Position numbers and translations under genes: made by a program
Notes under the pieces: model-generated
Seen by the model: the letters and a program-made list of their open reading frames with translations, nothing else
What the model was told of the DNA's origin: nothing
The model's database searches: none
Shown here: positions 27,896 to 43,407 of the stretch, in pieces
Layout: every line of letters begins with the position of its first letter
Numbering within the stretch: position 1 is the stretch's first letter
NCBI GenBank assembly: GCA_012295275.1
Contig: CM022675.1
Location: forward strand, 9,176,001-9,240,000
Origin: Chrysomallon squamiferum
Lineage: Eukaryota; Animalia; Mollusca
DNA length: 64,000 nt
Reading direction: 5' to 3'

Positions 27896-29219
27896 ATATA
27901 TGTATGTATATGAAAAGAGAAACAACAAGTTTTTGTCAACACTACTACTAGCAATGCTGCTACTGCTGCTGCTACTATTATTACTTTTACTTCTGTTACT
28001 ACTGCTGCTACCACTACTACAACAAATACTACTACGACGATCACTACTTTTATATTATTATAGTTATCCCTACTACTACATTATTAATATTCATATTACT
28101 GCTTCTATAACCGTACCATGATTAGCACTAGTATTATTAGTACGACAACAACAACAACAACAACAACAATAACTATTATTATTACTACTGCTGCTGTTGC
28201 TGCTGATGTTGCTAGCACTTTTATTGTTATTGTATTGTTGTTATTATTACTGATACTTTATTTTTATTTTTATTCTATGTTGCCGCACAACATCGCTCAA
28301 AGTAGCAAATAATTATCTCCACGGTTAATTCATCCCAATGTTCAGATAACTCTAATTCAATAATTAAAAAAAAAAAAAGGGAACCTACTCTCATTTCTCT
28401 CCGCCATCTAAATTGAATATAATCACTGTATGATTGCAGATAAACGAAAATTTATCAATCGAATCCTTCGGGTATATCCCATGTCGTGACACGGCGTGCG
28501 CGTGCAGCGTCTGTGTCCGTTTGCGAGGCGATAATCAGAAGCGACGATCGCACGGCACGTCACGTGACCACCGCTGACGCGCGAAAAAGGTGATTTTGTT
28601 TCCCGGGCTGTTTGTGTTGAATGCTGAGATACGTGGTCATGTTTGATGATAGTTTTCGGTGGACACGTGGTATCCATCTGTCAGTCCGTAAGGAATACTG
28701 ACGACAGACAATGAAAGGTATATTAAACACGCCGAAATTATAAAAAAAAAAAACAAAACAAAGAAGCGTCAAAAGTAACAGTTTGAAGTGTTTAACGACT
28801 TTCTTTGTTGTTATAAGTATTGGTTCAGTAGTTAGAACACTTGAATGTGAGAAATTATAGGCGTATATACACGTATCTGTTGCTTATGTTATTTTGTTTA
28901 TTAACTTTTAGTAAAGAAATATTATATTCAATGATGTTAAAGTGTTGAATGTCAGTATACTCAGTTGCAGTAAATAATATTTTACAATATAGGTATAAAA
29001 TATATTGACAGCTAGCCTAGAGAAACAAAAACAAAAAAAAAAATTAATTTATAATTATATACGTATAGCATAGAACATTATTTATTAGAAAAACTGTATA
29101 AACAAATAAATACGTAAAGGAATGAATGAATGAATGAATGAATAAATGAATGAATAAAATTATATACCAATAACATAAAATATATCTTGTCGTTAGATTT
29201 AAGAACATACTAAAATACG

Positions 29220-29750
29220 AAGAAATATTGAATTCCAAGATTTATTTTTAATCGTTTGTATCCTACAGTATAAATTTTTGAAAATAGTGTTTTCCAAGAA
29301 TCATTATAGGAAATGTTGTATTTAAAAATTTATTACAGAAAATTGTACTCAGATATATATTAAAGGAAAATTGTATTCTTCTGGATTTATTTTTAAAATT
29401 TTATATTCCACAATTTATTGAAGAATTATTATATTCCAAGATTCATTAAAGGAAATGTTGTATTCACTGATTTATTAAAGAATTTTTGAATCCCACTATT
29501 TGTCAAAAAATTGTAGAAATCCAAGATTCTTTAAGGAAATATTGTATTTAAAGATTTATTATAGAAAACTGTATTCAAAGATTAATTAAAGAAATATTGT
29601 ATTCAAAGACTTATTAGAGACATATTGTGTTCAAATATTTAATAAATAAACAATTTATTAAAGAGTATAACAATTTTTATTTGACAAAATGTACTGAAAA
29701 CATCTATCAAAGAAATATTGTAACTATTGAACTTAAAGATTTATTTTAAA
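29220..29750. repeat. Degenerate ~28-30 bp AT-rich tandem repeat
   Basis: Recurring unit resembling aaatattgtattcaaagatttattaaag, with another copy near 29983-30020. Confidence 0.7.
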
Positions 29751-29814
29751 AACATACCTTTATTTCTAGATACAAAACAACAGCAAAATAACAAGAACAA
29801 CAAGAACAAGCAGC

Positions 29815-29895
<81 letters not shown>

Positions 29896-30232
29896 AATAA
29901 ATAAATAAATAGAATTAAAAAAAGAAATACTTTAAATTAAAGATAAAATATTCCAGAAAATATAAATTATATTATAAAAGTAAATATTGTATTTAAAGAT
30001 TTATTCCAGGAAACTGTATTAAAATAAACAATAAGAAAAAATTAATAGCACCTATAAATAAAATACCACCAGAATAACGTTCATACTCGTAAAATAAACA
30101 ACACACAGAATTAACTGAAAACAAATTTTATTTTTCAAATCCGTAGAAAGAATTTGTAACTCCTATACAAATATACAACAGTACGAATTTAACAAACACC
30201 TATAATAATAAAACAATACGAATTTAACAAAC

Positions 30233-30273
<41 letters not shown>

Positions 30274-33200
30274 GACAACGACAGAAATACTTTAATAAAG
30301 CCCCACAAAGCAAATAAACAGCAGAAAGATTTTAAACAAACTGCAGTAAATAAATACTGTTACGGAAACAACGTGATTAGCCGCAAACTGAAACAAAACC
30401 CCGAACTACTCGAGATAATCTGAACAAGTCTCGTACAAGTTTGCCGTGCTTTTCGTTGATCACTTCGAGTCCGCTAATGGATTCTTCAAATAAATTTCCT
30501 GTCACAAAGGTTGTCTTCCGTCGCGTGGAGGGCCCTTTAACACCTGTCGCCAGGTGAGAACAGGTAACGGTCGATAAGATCACCGCTGAAACAGCAATTG
30601 TCTCACGTTTGCGTGTTCACAAATGGCGTTTAACGGTCGTTTTAACACGTTAGTCTGTAACTCGTAAATCAGAGCTTGTTTGTCGACACGAGAGAGAGAA
30701 ATATATACGAGGAGAGAAGAAAAACATGTTAGACGAGATGATGATGATGATGATGATGTTGAAGAAGAAGAAATAATAATGATGATGATGATAAGAATAA
30801 GAACAAGAAGAAGAAGAAGAAGTAAAAAGATGATGATGAACATGATGACAATAATAAAAAAGAAGAAATAGAAAAGTAAAAAGAAGACAATGATGATGAT
30901 GATAAACACAATAATAATAATATAATGATGATGATAATGATGATGATGATGGTGGTGGTGGTAATACCAATAAGAAGAAGAAAAAAAAAAGAGGGAGAAG
31001 GAGAAGAAGAAAATAATAAAACAACGATAATGATGATGATGATGATGATGAATGATGATTAAGACACGGACAACAATATCAACAACAACAATAATGATAA
31101 TGACAAAAAATATTACTACTGTTGGTACTAAAGATAATGGTAGTAATAATGAAGCTGAAATAATTATGATAATCATGATACTAGCAGGACATAACAAAAT
31201 TTGATGATTATAATAATAATGACATAAAACGACGATAAAAACAACGATAATAAAAACAATAAAACAATGGCGTAGTTACTTTTTGTTTATTTCTTCTTTT
31301 CTTTCTTTTTTTTTTGCTTGTTTGTTTATTTTCTTGTTTATTTTTTTTTTTATTTATTTTTTACTCACTAAAATTGTTTCGTTTTCTCTTTATAAACATA
31401 TAGTTTGAAAAATAATACTAAATGCAATATTTTAAAATATCACTTATTTATGATGCAAAGAGAAATAAAATTAAATTAAATACTGCATTATTATATTGTA
31501 CGACAATATGATATAACAAAATTAACAACAACAATAATAATAGCGATAACAATAATAATAATAAAATTATTTAAAAAAAAATAATAATAAAATAAGTTAG
31601 ATAAAATTAGAATAAGATAACGGAATAAAACTGCAATAAAGGATTAATATAAAAATAAACAGATTAAGTATTGTAAAAAATTTAATTGGATAAGCTAACG
31701 TGTTTGAATGACACACACACACACACACACGCACAGAGTAATAAAATAAATATAATTTCAAACTACAGTAAAACACTTGAGAATAATGTAAAATATTACT
31801 TATTAGATTTTAAATTCAATACTGAAGTAACTATAAATTATAATAAAAATATTAATACAGTATTTTAACATTGCAAAACTGTGAAGTTTATAGTATTAAT
31901 AATTCATATAAAAATAAATTCATTATTATTATTATTAGTATTATTATTTAATTTACTGTAAAATAAAAACCTTTAGTAAAAGATTAGACTGCGAAACAAT
32001 ATTAATATTGGTATATAAATAGTAAAATATGACGTCAACTTAATTTGACATTTTAAGCCACGCGCACTGAGTACCTGATATGAAGGAGTTACATCCCTTT
32101 AACCGCCTTCTTTAGTTTTCTTACAAAATCGAAAACAATAAAAGAAATAGTGTAAATGTGGACTTTATTCGCTAAAATAAAGCAATGCTCGTTAAAATAT
32201 CATGGCCATAGAAAAGTACACAATGGTCAGTACTTTAAAGACAGCTTCAGTTGATTGAAATAACAAACACTTCACGGAAATCGCAACGGGTTCGTTCGTC
32301 GTCCATTATTGTGTTAAAAAATAGATTACTTTCTTACAACTACGGAGCGAAAAATCGCCGTCTGCTCATGTAAATAATCTCGTATTGTTATTTTATTAAT
32401 TTACTGTTTCAATATTTGAGTTTTAGGTTAATTCGTCAGCGTTTTCTATTCCAGATCACAAAATGTTGTCACGAACTCACGAACCAGGTAACGCGCGCAA
32501 TAAAATAGGACCATCTGTCGAGCAGTGATAGCTCCGTGTGTCTGTGTGCGCGCGCGTCACTGTGTGTTAAACTGACGCACTCTGAGAACAAATGTGTAAG
32601 TACGAACACTTTGTTTTGTTTGTATTCTACTGCCCATGAATATCATCTCTCACCCTCTCTGGATATGTAAATGTGTGTGTGTGTGCGTATGTGCGTGTGT
32701 ATGTGATCTTAGGTAGTTTGTTAAAATGTTGCTGAATGGACACCGAACTCTATTATTAAAGGAAAATAAATATAATTTTATTGGAAACGATAATCTCCAC
32801 AGTTTCCAAGTCTCGTCCCACAATGGAAAATTAAAGCAAATTACTTTGTCTTTAGCATACGTTTAGCGAAAGAAACAAATTTAAAAGTCATTTTTTATAT
32901 TTAATTTGCACGTGCATATATTTAGGAGACAGATTAAAGGGAACACTTACATCAAAAAATGATTACAGATTATAACGTACTCAAAGTAATGTTTATAAAC
33001 TGATAAGTATGAAAATGTGATCTATTTTTAATAAAAAAAAAAAAAAAAAAAATTTAAATTATATTTCACAGATCATGGAAACTTTTTCGTTTAAATTTTT
33101 TTGTGTGGATTCATTAAAGACAGTGCTACTCTATAAATTCTTTCTTTTTCGTTTGTCTGTCGTCTGCACGAATTTACGATTAAGACGACACGTGACTCAG

Positions 33201-33965
33201 GGCCGTGTAGATTAAGCGCACGAGGAGGTTACCGAGCTGAAATGGGAAGTGCCGCGGTGCGCATGTCGGTAATCATAACAGTACTAACAGTGGCTGTAGA
33301 CCCGTTGATCGTGGTATTCAGAAATAATTAAAAACAATAACGAGTTTGTTGCTCTTGCTACTTCAGTGATCGCGTAAAATCGCCCTTGTTATTACTGTTC
33401 TAATTAAACACACAGGTGTCGCGTTTCAGAATAAATTACTGAATGGAAACAAAGATGCATTTACAGTGTGCGAAAACAGAGCAGTTTCCGCTAAATTCTG
33501 ACTCTTCTGACAAAGAAGTCACAAAATTCCAAATCACGGTTGTACTGTGTCCCGTCCAGTGTTGTTGCTGTTCATCTTCTTAAATGTCTCAACTTTGCGT
33601 TAAAAACGATTATATAAATTACTGAAATTACTGAAATGTCTGTTTAAATAAAGATTTTGTGCAGTTTTAATTTAGCTACAGTCACTTTGATGATCTGGGT
33701 TGCTGCCACTTGCAACCTCTGACCTATTCAAAAAAAAAAAACAACAAACAAAAACAACCCAAAACCATATTAATCAAAAGACAAGATTGCTGAGCATTTG
33801 AGCGAAATATTTTATTGAAAATTCAAAATTTAATATTTTGTAGAAATGTAATTTGATAACTACAGTTGTATTCTTTTGTAACTTTTATTTAGGTTTTTTT
33901 TTTTAATTATTATTTTTGTCAATATTATTTTTATTATTTTCTTTTTATATCTTTTTATACTTACA

Positions 33966-34061
<96 letters not shown>

Positions 34062-34924
34062 ATATATATCTTATTTTGCCATTAATACCTGTTGTTGGCG
34101 ACACTAATGGCTTCACTCTCACTATGCAAACGGGCATCATTAAGCAAAAATTACGACCAATTTAGTTCACTTTAATGACGCAATTATCCGTTTTAACCGT
34201 TTGTAAACTGTCACAAAACAAAGAAGACAGAAACATAAATATATCAGTCAAGTGATTCAGTAATAAGCTTACCCCGACACGTAATCTGTGTCCCGTTAAA
34301 CGGCTGATGATGCATGGGCGATGGGTTATTTTCTCCTTTTCTCCCTCTTTTTCACCTGTAGTTTAGTTAATAAATGGCTGGATCGAATTTACCGCGAAAA
34401 TTGCGCAAATTGAATCGTCGCGTGACAGTAGCAGACGTGTAAACGACTGCTCAGGAGGAGGTGGATTACCTGTCCATCCATTTACCTGTCTGCGTGAGGA
34501 AATTACCTGCTTGTCACAGTGTGGCATTGATTGCAGTTTAGTAACTCGAAACCAGTGGACCACTTTACGTCAGTATGTCACGGGGAGATGATTGATATTA
34601 AGTTTATTTCATAGGGGAATGGCAATTTTCGTGTTGGTTTTTTTTTGTGTGTTTTTTTCCATTTATTTTATTTTCAATTTTTTTTTTTTATTTCGTTTCT
34701 TTCCTTTCTTTTTATTTATTTATATTTTTTGTTTGTTTCTTTTGTTTCTATTTTTGTTTATTTAATTATTTTTGTCCTCTTTATTTTTAATTTTTTTTTT
34801 TTTAATGTAATTTTTTTTTTTATCTTGTTTTTGTTTTGTTTTTTGTCTTTCATTTTGATTTTGTTTTATATTGGATATTATTATTGTAGATAAAAACATG
34901 TACAACGAGAAACTGAATAAAAAT

Positions 34925-34958
<34 letters not shown>

Positions 34959-35411
34959 AAACACGCTTAGAAAAAAAATTTATTGCACAATATTTTGTTA
35001 TACATATATATAGAAAATATAACTAACTTTTATGCACATTGATATGTATATGTGTCTTGTAACATCATCCACTATCTCAACTAATTCTAATACACTTTGG
35101 CTACAGTTCTTTTTATACTTTCGTTTATTACAGCGTTTATTTAAATACATTTAGACAAATAAAAATAAATCTGTATTAAGCCTTCCATATTCATAAATAA
35201 TAAATTAACATGAAAATAAATAAATTATTTAGTACTTTTAATTATTTCTGTTAACAGCGGGGCTTGCATTAAAATAGGTTCCACATGAATATATAACAAA
35301 CAGTTTTTATAACAGACCTTAATTTGAATTCAAACCGCACGATATTTTCATTTTAAACAGAACGCTTTATGATGTCTTTTTATTATTTTCTTTAATTTTT
35401 TTTTTATTTTC

Positions 35412-35442
<31 letters not shown>

Positions 35443-36791
35443 TCCTGTTCTTTTCACCTAGTAATCAAGTCTTTATTTCAATGTCTTTTTAACTTTCTAT
35501 TCCATGCAAAAGTCTGGTTTTATTCAGACTATATTGCGTAAATCTTCTGCACGAGCTCACGTGACACTCGTCGTTCTTATTACGTCAAACCTTGTGTCAG
35601 CGGGTCAGCTATTGAAAATGCCTAGCGGGCGAGAAGGGAAATACATTTTTTTTTTTTTTTTTTAAAACGTGAAAGAAAAATTCAAAACAAAACACGCGCC
35701 TTAACTTTATCACTCTGAAAACTTTCTCTCTTTAAAAAAAAAAAAAATAAAAAAAAAAATAAAATAAAAAATAAAAATAAAACATTTGTTAATGGTTTTG
35801 TCTCATTTATTCCGAAAGAAATAACTTTATTTGTAACGAAGGACTTGTGAATGCAAATTTAAATTTCTGGTTTCCAAACACCTTTTCTTTGCCGCTAACA
35901 ATCGAAAATATGAATTATTCATTTTTTCTATTACCAAAACATCGGTTACAATCCTAGTTTACCTTTCTTCACTTTTCTGTTACATTAATAATTACATAAT
36001 CAAGCAATGCGACTGAATTCCTTGCAGGATGCTTTCAGTATTGCACAAACAAGCGGCGGCCATCTTGTGTAGTGATTAATTTCCGGAACAAGATCCAATC
36101 AATAACTGCCAATCAACTTTCCCTCGAGCGCACGTGCAGTTCACGTGGAATTCGGGTTTATCGTGTGTGAAATATGCCCACGGAGAAGATCGCTCGGTGA
36201 AAAGAAAGAAATCAAACATCGGCGAAGTCAAAGCGTGTGTTCGTTATTCTTTGTCGCAAAATTACTTCCACTGTCGTTAATTATCTGTCAGTTCATCTGT
36301 GTGCTTGTACGAATGTTCGCGAATTTTCTTCGCAAGATAAAACGTGTGTATTTAATGTGCGGTTTTCTGAATGCATGTGTTTACGTTTTTTGTGTGTATA
36401 TGTTTGTGTGTGTGTGTGTGCGTGTGTAATTTTTTGTGTATTTTACGAGTATATGCACATATTCATTCATTCACGTGTAAATGTGTCCAAATATGAATGT
36501 TTTATTGGTGTGAGTGTTGATTCAACTACATTCTTCCAGATGTTGAGAATCTAGATTATGAAATCCCTGCCTTTGTGACACATATAATAATACATATTTA
36601 TATTGTTACTTAATACTCTGAAGCTAAATTTTTAATCTGTTCGTCTATGTATATATGTAAGTAGGTATCTATCTCTATCTTTATTTTTGTTTTTGTCCAT
36701 TTGTATCCATCAATCCATCAATCTATATCTATCCATCCATTTATCTATCTATATATCTGTATATATATCTCTCTAATTCACATACGCACTA

Positions 36792-36882
<91 letters not shown>

Positions 36883-37649
36883 AATGAATATTCTGTCCAT
36901 CTGTCTTTGTCATACACTCGCTTTCTTTCACTCACTTTCTCTTTCTCTGGTTTTTCTCTCTCTCTGTCTCGCACGCTAACGTTTAGTTAAATCCCTCCCG
37001 TTTCGCTTGCGCACTCAACTTTTACGGGGACCACCCAAAGGTACGATAATTTATCTTTATACGGTTAATCAAACTACCCGGAATATCCCTGCAAAACCTT
37101 TCAACAAAAGCAATCGGTAAAAACCGCGTCGTAAAATTGTCGGCGAAATTAACAATAATGGCCGTCGGATGAGCGACCAAGCGCGCGCGCTCATCCGAGT
37201 CTCGCGCAGAGCATCACTTCCGGCGACACGACACGCAACATGGATGATGATGCATGCAAGAAAAGTCGCCCAGATGGTAATCCCGGCGTTCGCGTCACTC
37301 ACGTGACATGACTAACACTTTTTTTTTTTTTTTTTTTTCCAGTAACAAGAAAAGACTGACCAGAACTGACCTTAATTTTACCGCAGTGGTTAGATGACCC
37401 GATACGAAGAGTTATCTTTCGTTACACAAATTTGAATATTGTCGTCTGACTCCATCTGTCGGTATAAAAAAAAAAAAAAAAAAAAAAAAAGAAGAAAGAT
37501 GCCATGTTCGATTGGTTGTCTAGATTAGAGAAAACTTTTAGCTGATTGCTTTGATGAATTAACAGGGAAATTGGAAGTAATATTGAAAGCAAATATGTGA
37601 CGAAAAAATGGCTGATAATAACAATGGTGATACCACCACTAATACAACA

Positions 37650-37835
37650 GGAACAACTACTACCACTACTATTACTACAAAATACTACTTTCACTATTAC
37701 TACAATAACTACTACTACTATCACTATTACTACAACAACTACTACTACTACTACTATCACTATTACTACAACAACTACTACTACTACTATCACTATTACT
37801 ACAACAACAACTACTACTACTACTACTATCCCACC
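37650..37835. repeat. (ACT/ACA) mosaic microsatellite with a higher-order unit
   Basis: Repeats of cactattactacaacaactactactactat. Confidence 0.85.
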
Positions 37836-38189
37836 ACTACTGCTACGTCTCCTTCTGTTTTTATTCCAACTACCACCACCGCTACTACGTTAGTAATTAC
37901 TGTTATTACTACTATCACTACCAACATTATTACTGCTATTAACATCACCATTATTAATACTACTATAACCATTTCAGCTACTACTACAATACTACTGTTA
38001 CCTTTATACTAACATCGATAACTGTTTATTTATGTTTTGCTCTTATTACTTAATAAAAGAATAGTGAAAATGAGAAAGAAGCCATTGTTATGTGCATGAA
38101 AAAGGAAAAAAATATAATAGTATAACTGCACGTGTACATTTTAATACTATTATAATATTAAATATAAACTAAATCCAGTTCGATTCATC

Positions 38190-38224
<35 letters not shown>

Positions 38225-38638
38225 GTGATGATGATAATGACTATGATAATAATTACAATATCAGTAACAGTAATAACAATAACAGCAACAATAATAACAA
38301 TATAGCAATAATAACAACAACAATAAATAAAATATTTTCTGTAACATAATAACAATATCAGTATCAATAGCAATGATGACAATAACAATAATAATTATTT
38401 TATTAACAACAAAAAAAACAACAACAACAATAATAATAATAATAAAAATAACAACAACAACAACACTAATAATAAAAATTTGAAAACAGTAGAAAATTAT
38501 TTAAAATAAAATAATGAAGATAAAATTTATGAAATATTTAGCCAGTGAATTCCTTTCTGAAATTAATTCTGACAACTACTTTCTTTTTAAAACAAAACAA
38601 TAACGGTAACAACAACAACAATAATAATAATAATAATA

Positions 38639-38715
<77 letters not shown>

Positions 38716-39977
38716 CAACAACAGTAATAACCACAACAACAAATCCAATAATAAGAAGAAAATGAATACATTATTTACAAAGATTTAAACAGAACTATTT
38801 ATACTGAAGTATGTATAATACCTTTTGTTTAACTATGTAATTGTTAACTCTTTTGAATTTTTATTTTTATTATGTAAAAAAAAAAATTATTTAATGTTTC
38901 TCAGCTCCTTCTAAACTGTAGAGGGACAGATAGAATGAAAAATAAATAAACAAATAATAATACAGAGATATAAACCAGAAGATAGCTTTTCCTGTTTAAT
39001 CAGTGAAAAAAAAAGTTTTTATTTGGCCAACGATATTACATTTTAATGATGTTTCTTTGTAAAAATATTCCATCACGAATATCTTATACATTCAGATTTA
39101 ATGGAGAGAATATGTAGAGTGCATTGACTGTGATTTCAGCCACGGTTTCGTATTCAAAATGGCTATCATTATGTTCTCAAAACAACGGAAACAAATTCTT
39201 CTTCTTCTTCCTTTTTTAACTCTCTTTTCGTTTTTTTTTTTTTATTATACTCCAAGATTCTCCTCCTTTTTTTTTTTTTTTTTTTTTTGTTATTGTTCCC
39301 TGATTTTTTAAATGTTAATTAAGCTAAAGTGCCGAAATATAGAATTAATTTCTCTTCTTTTTTTTTTTTTTTTTTTTTTTTACCCCCTTTCAATTATTGT
39401 TTCGTTTATTGGAAATATTCTTCAGATGAGGACGCTTTATACATTATGTACGGTAATTATTAATAAAACTTAAGTTATTGCAACGGAAACGTTCTAATGT
39501 TTACCGCTTGCTGTTGTACGGTGTTCATGTTACCCTTTGAAGTCGCAACAAAAAACTAGGGTGCATCTTTACCACTTGATTCCTTATTATTAGAAAAATG
39601 GACAATTAACCCATTGTGGTAGCGAAGCCGTTACGAGCCTATTAGTGCTCGTGCGAGACAATGAACCAATCGCTTTAAAGAAGACGGGCACAGCAAAAAG
39701 CATTCACAGAAAATCTGTATTAAAATTTTTACTCATTATTTTTAACGACCGACATTAGCTACGCTTTAAAAAAAAGAAAAGCCTTGTTTTTCTCGCAGAA
39801 TCTCGTGTGAGTAATGAGCAGAAATAAAGCCTCACAAGCGATTGAGAGGCCGAAAATTGCCAGGTGTTTCAGTACCCAAGTCGATCGATGCCCTCTCAAA
39901 ACTGGACCCTCAAAATGTTCATCCACTAATATATGAAGTACATTTTCAAGCATGCACACACACACACACTAACACAA

Positions 39978-40034
<57 letters not shown>

Positions 40035-40394
40035 TCGATGTGATGATGATGAAAGAAATGAAAGAAAATCTAAAAACATATTCATAAAATAAATTAAAAA
40101 AATAAAAATAAAAATGCGTACACAGAAGCAATTACGAGTTTAGTTTTGATTGAATGAAATGGACTAGACGTTTATTAATTTATAAAATGAAATTTAATTT
40201 AAAAATGCATTAAAATAATGCAAAATATGAACACTGGATTGCCTTATAATGAACAGTGCTAACATGAGAAACAATGAATGTATAATCGGTCCTTAGTGCA
40301 GGACTTTTTCTCCTTCCAACCAGTGCTCAATAAATAATGGATATTTGTTTACTTTAAGTCTCAAAGGTGGTGTGTAATTGAAAATAAAACTACT

Positions 40395-40501
<107 letters not shown>

Positions 40502-41269
40502 GTTAATATTGTCTTCATATCATATTTCTTTTCCCAATCCAACCTCACGTACATTTTAAGAAATAGATCAATCTCGTCATGACATTTGCAGTCCAATGCG
40601 AAATTACATTAACCTATGACCCCAAAGCACGTGGTCATTCGCCTGCAATTCGTCTGATTAAAATTAAATTATAGTTTACTTTTAATCAGTGAAAATATTT
40701 CGTTTTCCCGCGCGCAAACGCAAACAAGCAAATCATGACGTTCACGGGAAGGATGGAGATTATGCAAGCCTCGCACGAGCTCACGTGACCCAGTGGTCAT
40801 TCGTTAATTTGGTGATTTGGCCATGCGCCTAGCTTTGGCACAAAGTCGATTATTTCGGTTTCCATAGGTCAGAGGATCGAAACTGCACTTTTCTCATTTA
40901 ACATTTTTTAATAGTTATCTTACAAACGAACGCTACATTTTATTTCGTAAAAGTCTAATGGTACGTGCTGTCTTACTTCTTTAAATTCAAATAAAAAAAT
41001 TCTACTCGTTGTTATCGACAACTATTATGTTTGTCTGTAAAATATATTTTTAATTAATATTCTATTTACCTTTTTCCTAACACATGCGTTAAGTTGTGAA
41101 ATACTGCGATCTGTACTAATACTGAATTAAATTTCAGAGAATATTCTTTCCTGTTCTTTCTGTCTCTCTCTGTTTCTCTCTTCGCTGTCTTCCTCCCTCT
41201 GTGTCTACATTTATCTGTCTATCCATCTGTCTGTCTAGTTATCTTTGTCTGTATATCTTTCTCTTTCCT

Positions 41270-41860
41270 CTCTACTTATCTATGTGCCTACTTACCTGTG
41301 TACCTACATACCTTTCTATCTACCTTTATACCTGTTTACCTTTATAACTCCTTACCTTTATACCCCTCTACCGTTCTAACTACCTAGCATTATATTTGCC
41401 CACATTTATAACTTACCAACCATTATACCTACTTACCTTTTTACCTACCTGCCTTTATATTTAGCTTTCTATATGCCTATCTTGTTGTCTACCTAACTTT
41501 CTACCTACTTAACCTTTACCTACCTACCCTTCCTCCTTCATTTATACCTACCTACCTGCCTGCCTTTATACCTACCTTTCTACCTATCTCCCTTTTACCT
41601 ACTTATCTCTCTTTCAACTTTTATACTTACCTGCCTTTATTCTTACCTTTCTATATGCCTATGTTTATGTCTGCATATCTTTATACTTGTGTGATTGTCT
41701 ACCTATCTACCTTTTACCTACCTATCTTGTGCATGGCTGTCTCTCTGCCTACCTTACTTTATACCTACCTTTATACCTATCTATCTATCTGTCTGCCTTT
41801 ATGTCTACCAACCTTTCCATCTAACCTACCATAACACCTACCTACCTTTATACTTAACAG
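41270..41860. repeat. Pyrimidine-rich TACC/TACCTTTA degenerate minisatellite
   Basis: Dozens of tacctacc/tacctttatacc variants. Confidence 0.8.
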
Positions 41861-41918
41861 TCTAATTACTTTATTTATTTCATTCTTTAGTCATTTCAAA
41901 AAATTAATTTCCTACGCA

Positions 41919-42023
<105 letters not shown>

Positions 42024-42384
42024 CTGTGTCACACTCTTGTCGCCCTGACAGCCCTTTAACACCTGAATGCTCAGGTAAGCTGGTCGATAGCCACAAATAT
42101 TGATAATGCAATTATGACAATCACTTGTCTGTTTCCTAGTTTAATCGTCTTTATCAATGTAATTGTGCTCGACGCTCAGGTAATTTCCATCGCGCCAAAT
42201 AAAACATCTAATCAATTTCCTAAGCAGGTATTAAACGGTGATTAAAAAGATATGAAAAGGGAATCGTAAATATTAATAATTGATAATGGCCTTTGTGTGT
42301 TACGGTCTGTAGAGAGTATTTTTATATTTTTTTGAGTGTAAGAGTTAACTAGATGTAAATTAAGAATACGTGATTACGTGTTTG

Positions 42385-43260
42385 TGAGAGGAAGAGAGAG
42401 ACAGACAGACAGAGAGATGGGAAGAGAGAGAGAAAGAGAGAGAGTGGGGAGGGAAGAACGGTGGGAATGGAAGGAAGGAAGGAGAGAGACAGAGAGATAA
42501 CGGGAGAGAGGGGGAAAGAGACAGAGAGAGGGAGGGAAGGGAAGGAAAGGAGAGAGACAGAGAGATAATGGGAGAGAGGGGGAGAGAGACAGAGAGAGGG
42601 AGGGAATGGAAGGAAGGAAGGAGAGAGACAGAGAGGTAATGGGAGAGAGGGGGAGAGAAACAGAGAGGGAGGGAAGGGAAGGAAGAAAGGAGAGAGACAG
42701 AGAGTGGGAGAGAGGGGGAGGGAAGGGAAGGAAGGAAGGAGAGAGACAGTGGGAGAGAGGGAGAGAGAGGGAAGGAAAGAAGAAATGTAATGAGAGACTG
42801 AGAGAGAGGGGGAGAGAGACACCGAGAGAGAGAAGGGAGGGATGTAGGGAAAAAAGGAAGGAGAGAGAGGGAGAGAGTGAAGGAGGGAGGGAAGGGAAGA
42901 CAGGAAGGAGAGAAACAGAGAGAGAGTGGGAGAGAAGGGGGAAATGATTGTGATAAAATAAAAATAAAACGAAAGAAAGGAAAATCAGAGGGAGAGAGTA
43001 AACTGTGAGAAAAAAATGATAAAAAGGAAAGAAAGAGAAACTCGGAAGAAAATCATTTAAAAAGAGAGAGGGAATGAAACAGAGAGAAAGCTAAAGAAGG
43101 AAGAGGAGAGAGCGACAGAGTAGAGGAGATGGAGAGAGGAGGAGAATGGAGAGAAAGAAAGAGGAAAGAAAAGGGAGAGAAAGCGAGAGACAGAGAGAAC
43201 GAGAGAGGAGGAAGAGGGACAGACAGAGACAGAGACAGAGAGAGAAAGAGAGAGAGAGAG
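42385..43260. repeat. Polypurine (GA/GGA-rich) degenerate minisatellite
   Basis: Almost pure purine + strand with ~65-70 bp units such as ggaaggaaggagagagacagagagataatgggagagaggggg. Confidence 0.85.
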
Positions 43261-43356
43261 ATATGGAATGGTGCATAGTTAATTGGATAGATATAGATGG
43301 ACACGTATGTGTGTACAGTCATACATACATACATGCATGCATACATAATAATAATA

Positions 43357-43407
<51 letters not shown>

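Noticed and set aside
32454-32487. Candidate micro-exon (ttttctattccag|atcacaaaATG...ccag|gtaacg)
   Set aside because: Splice-like flanks exist, but the peptide is unrecognisable and CAGGTA is equally explained as a ZEB-type site. It cannot be supported without transcripts.
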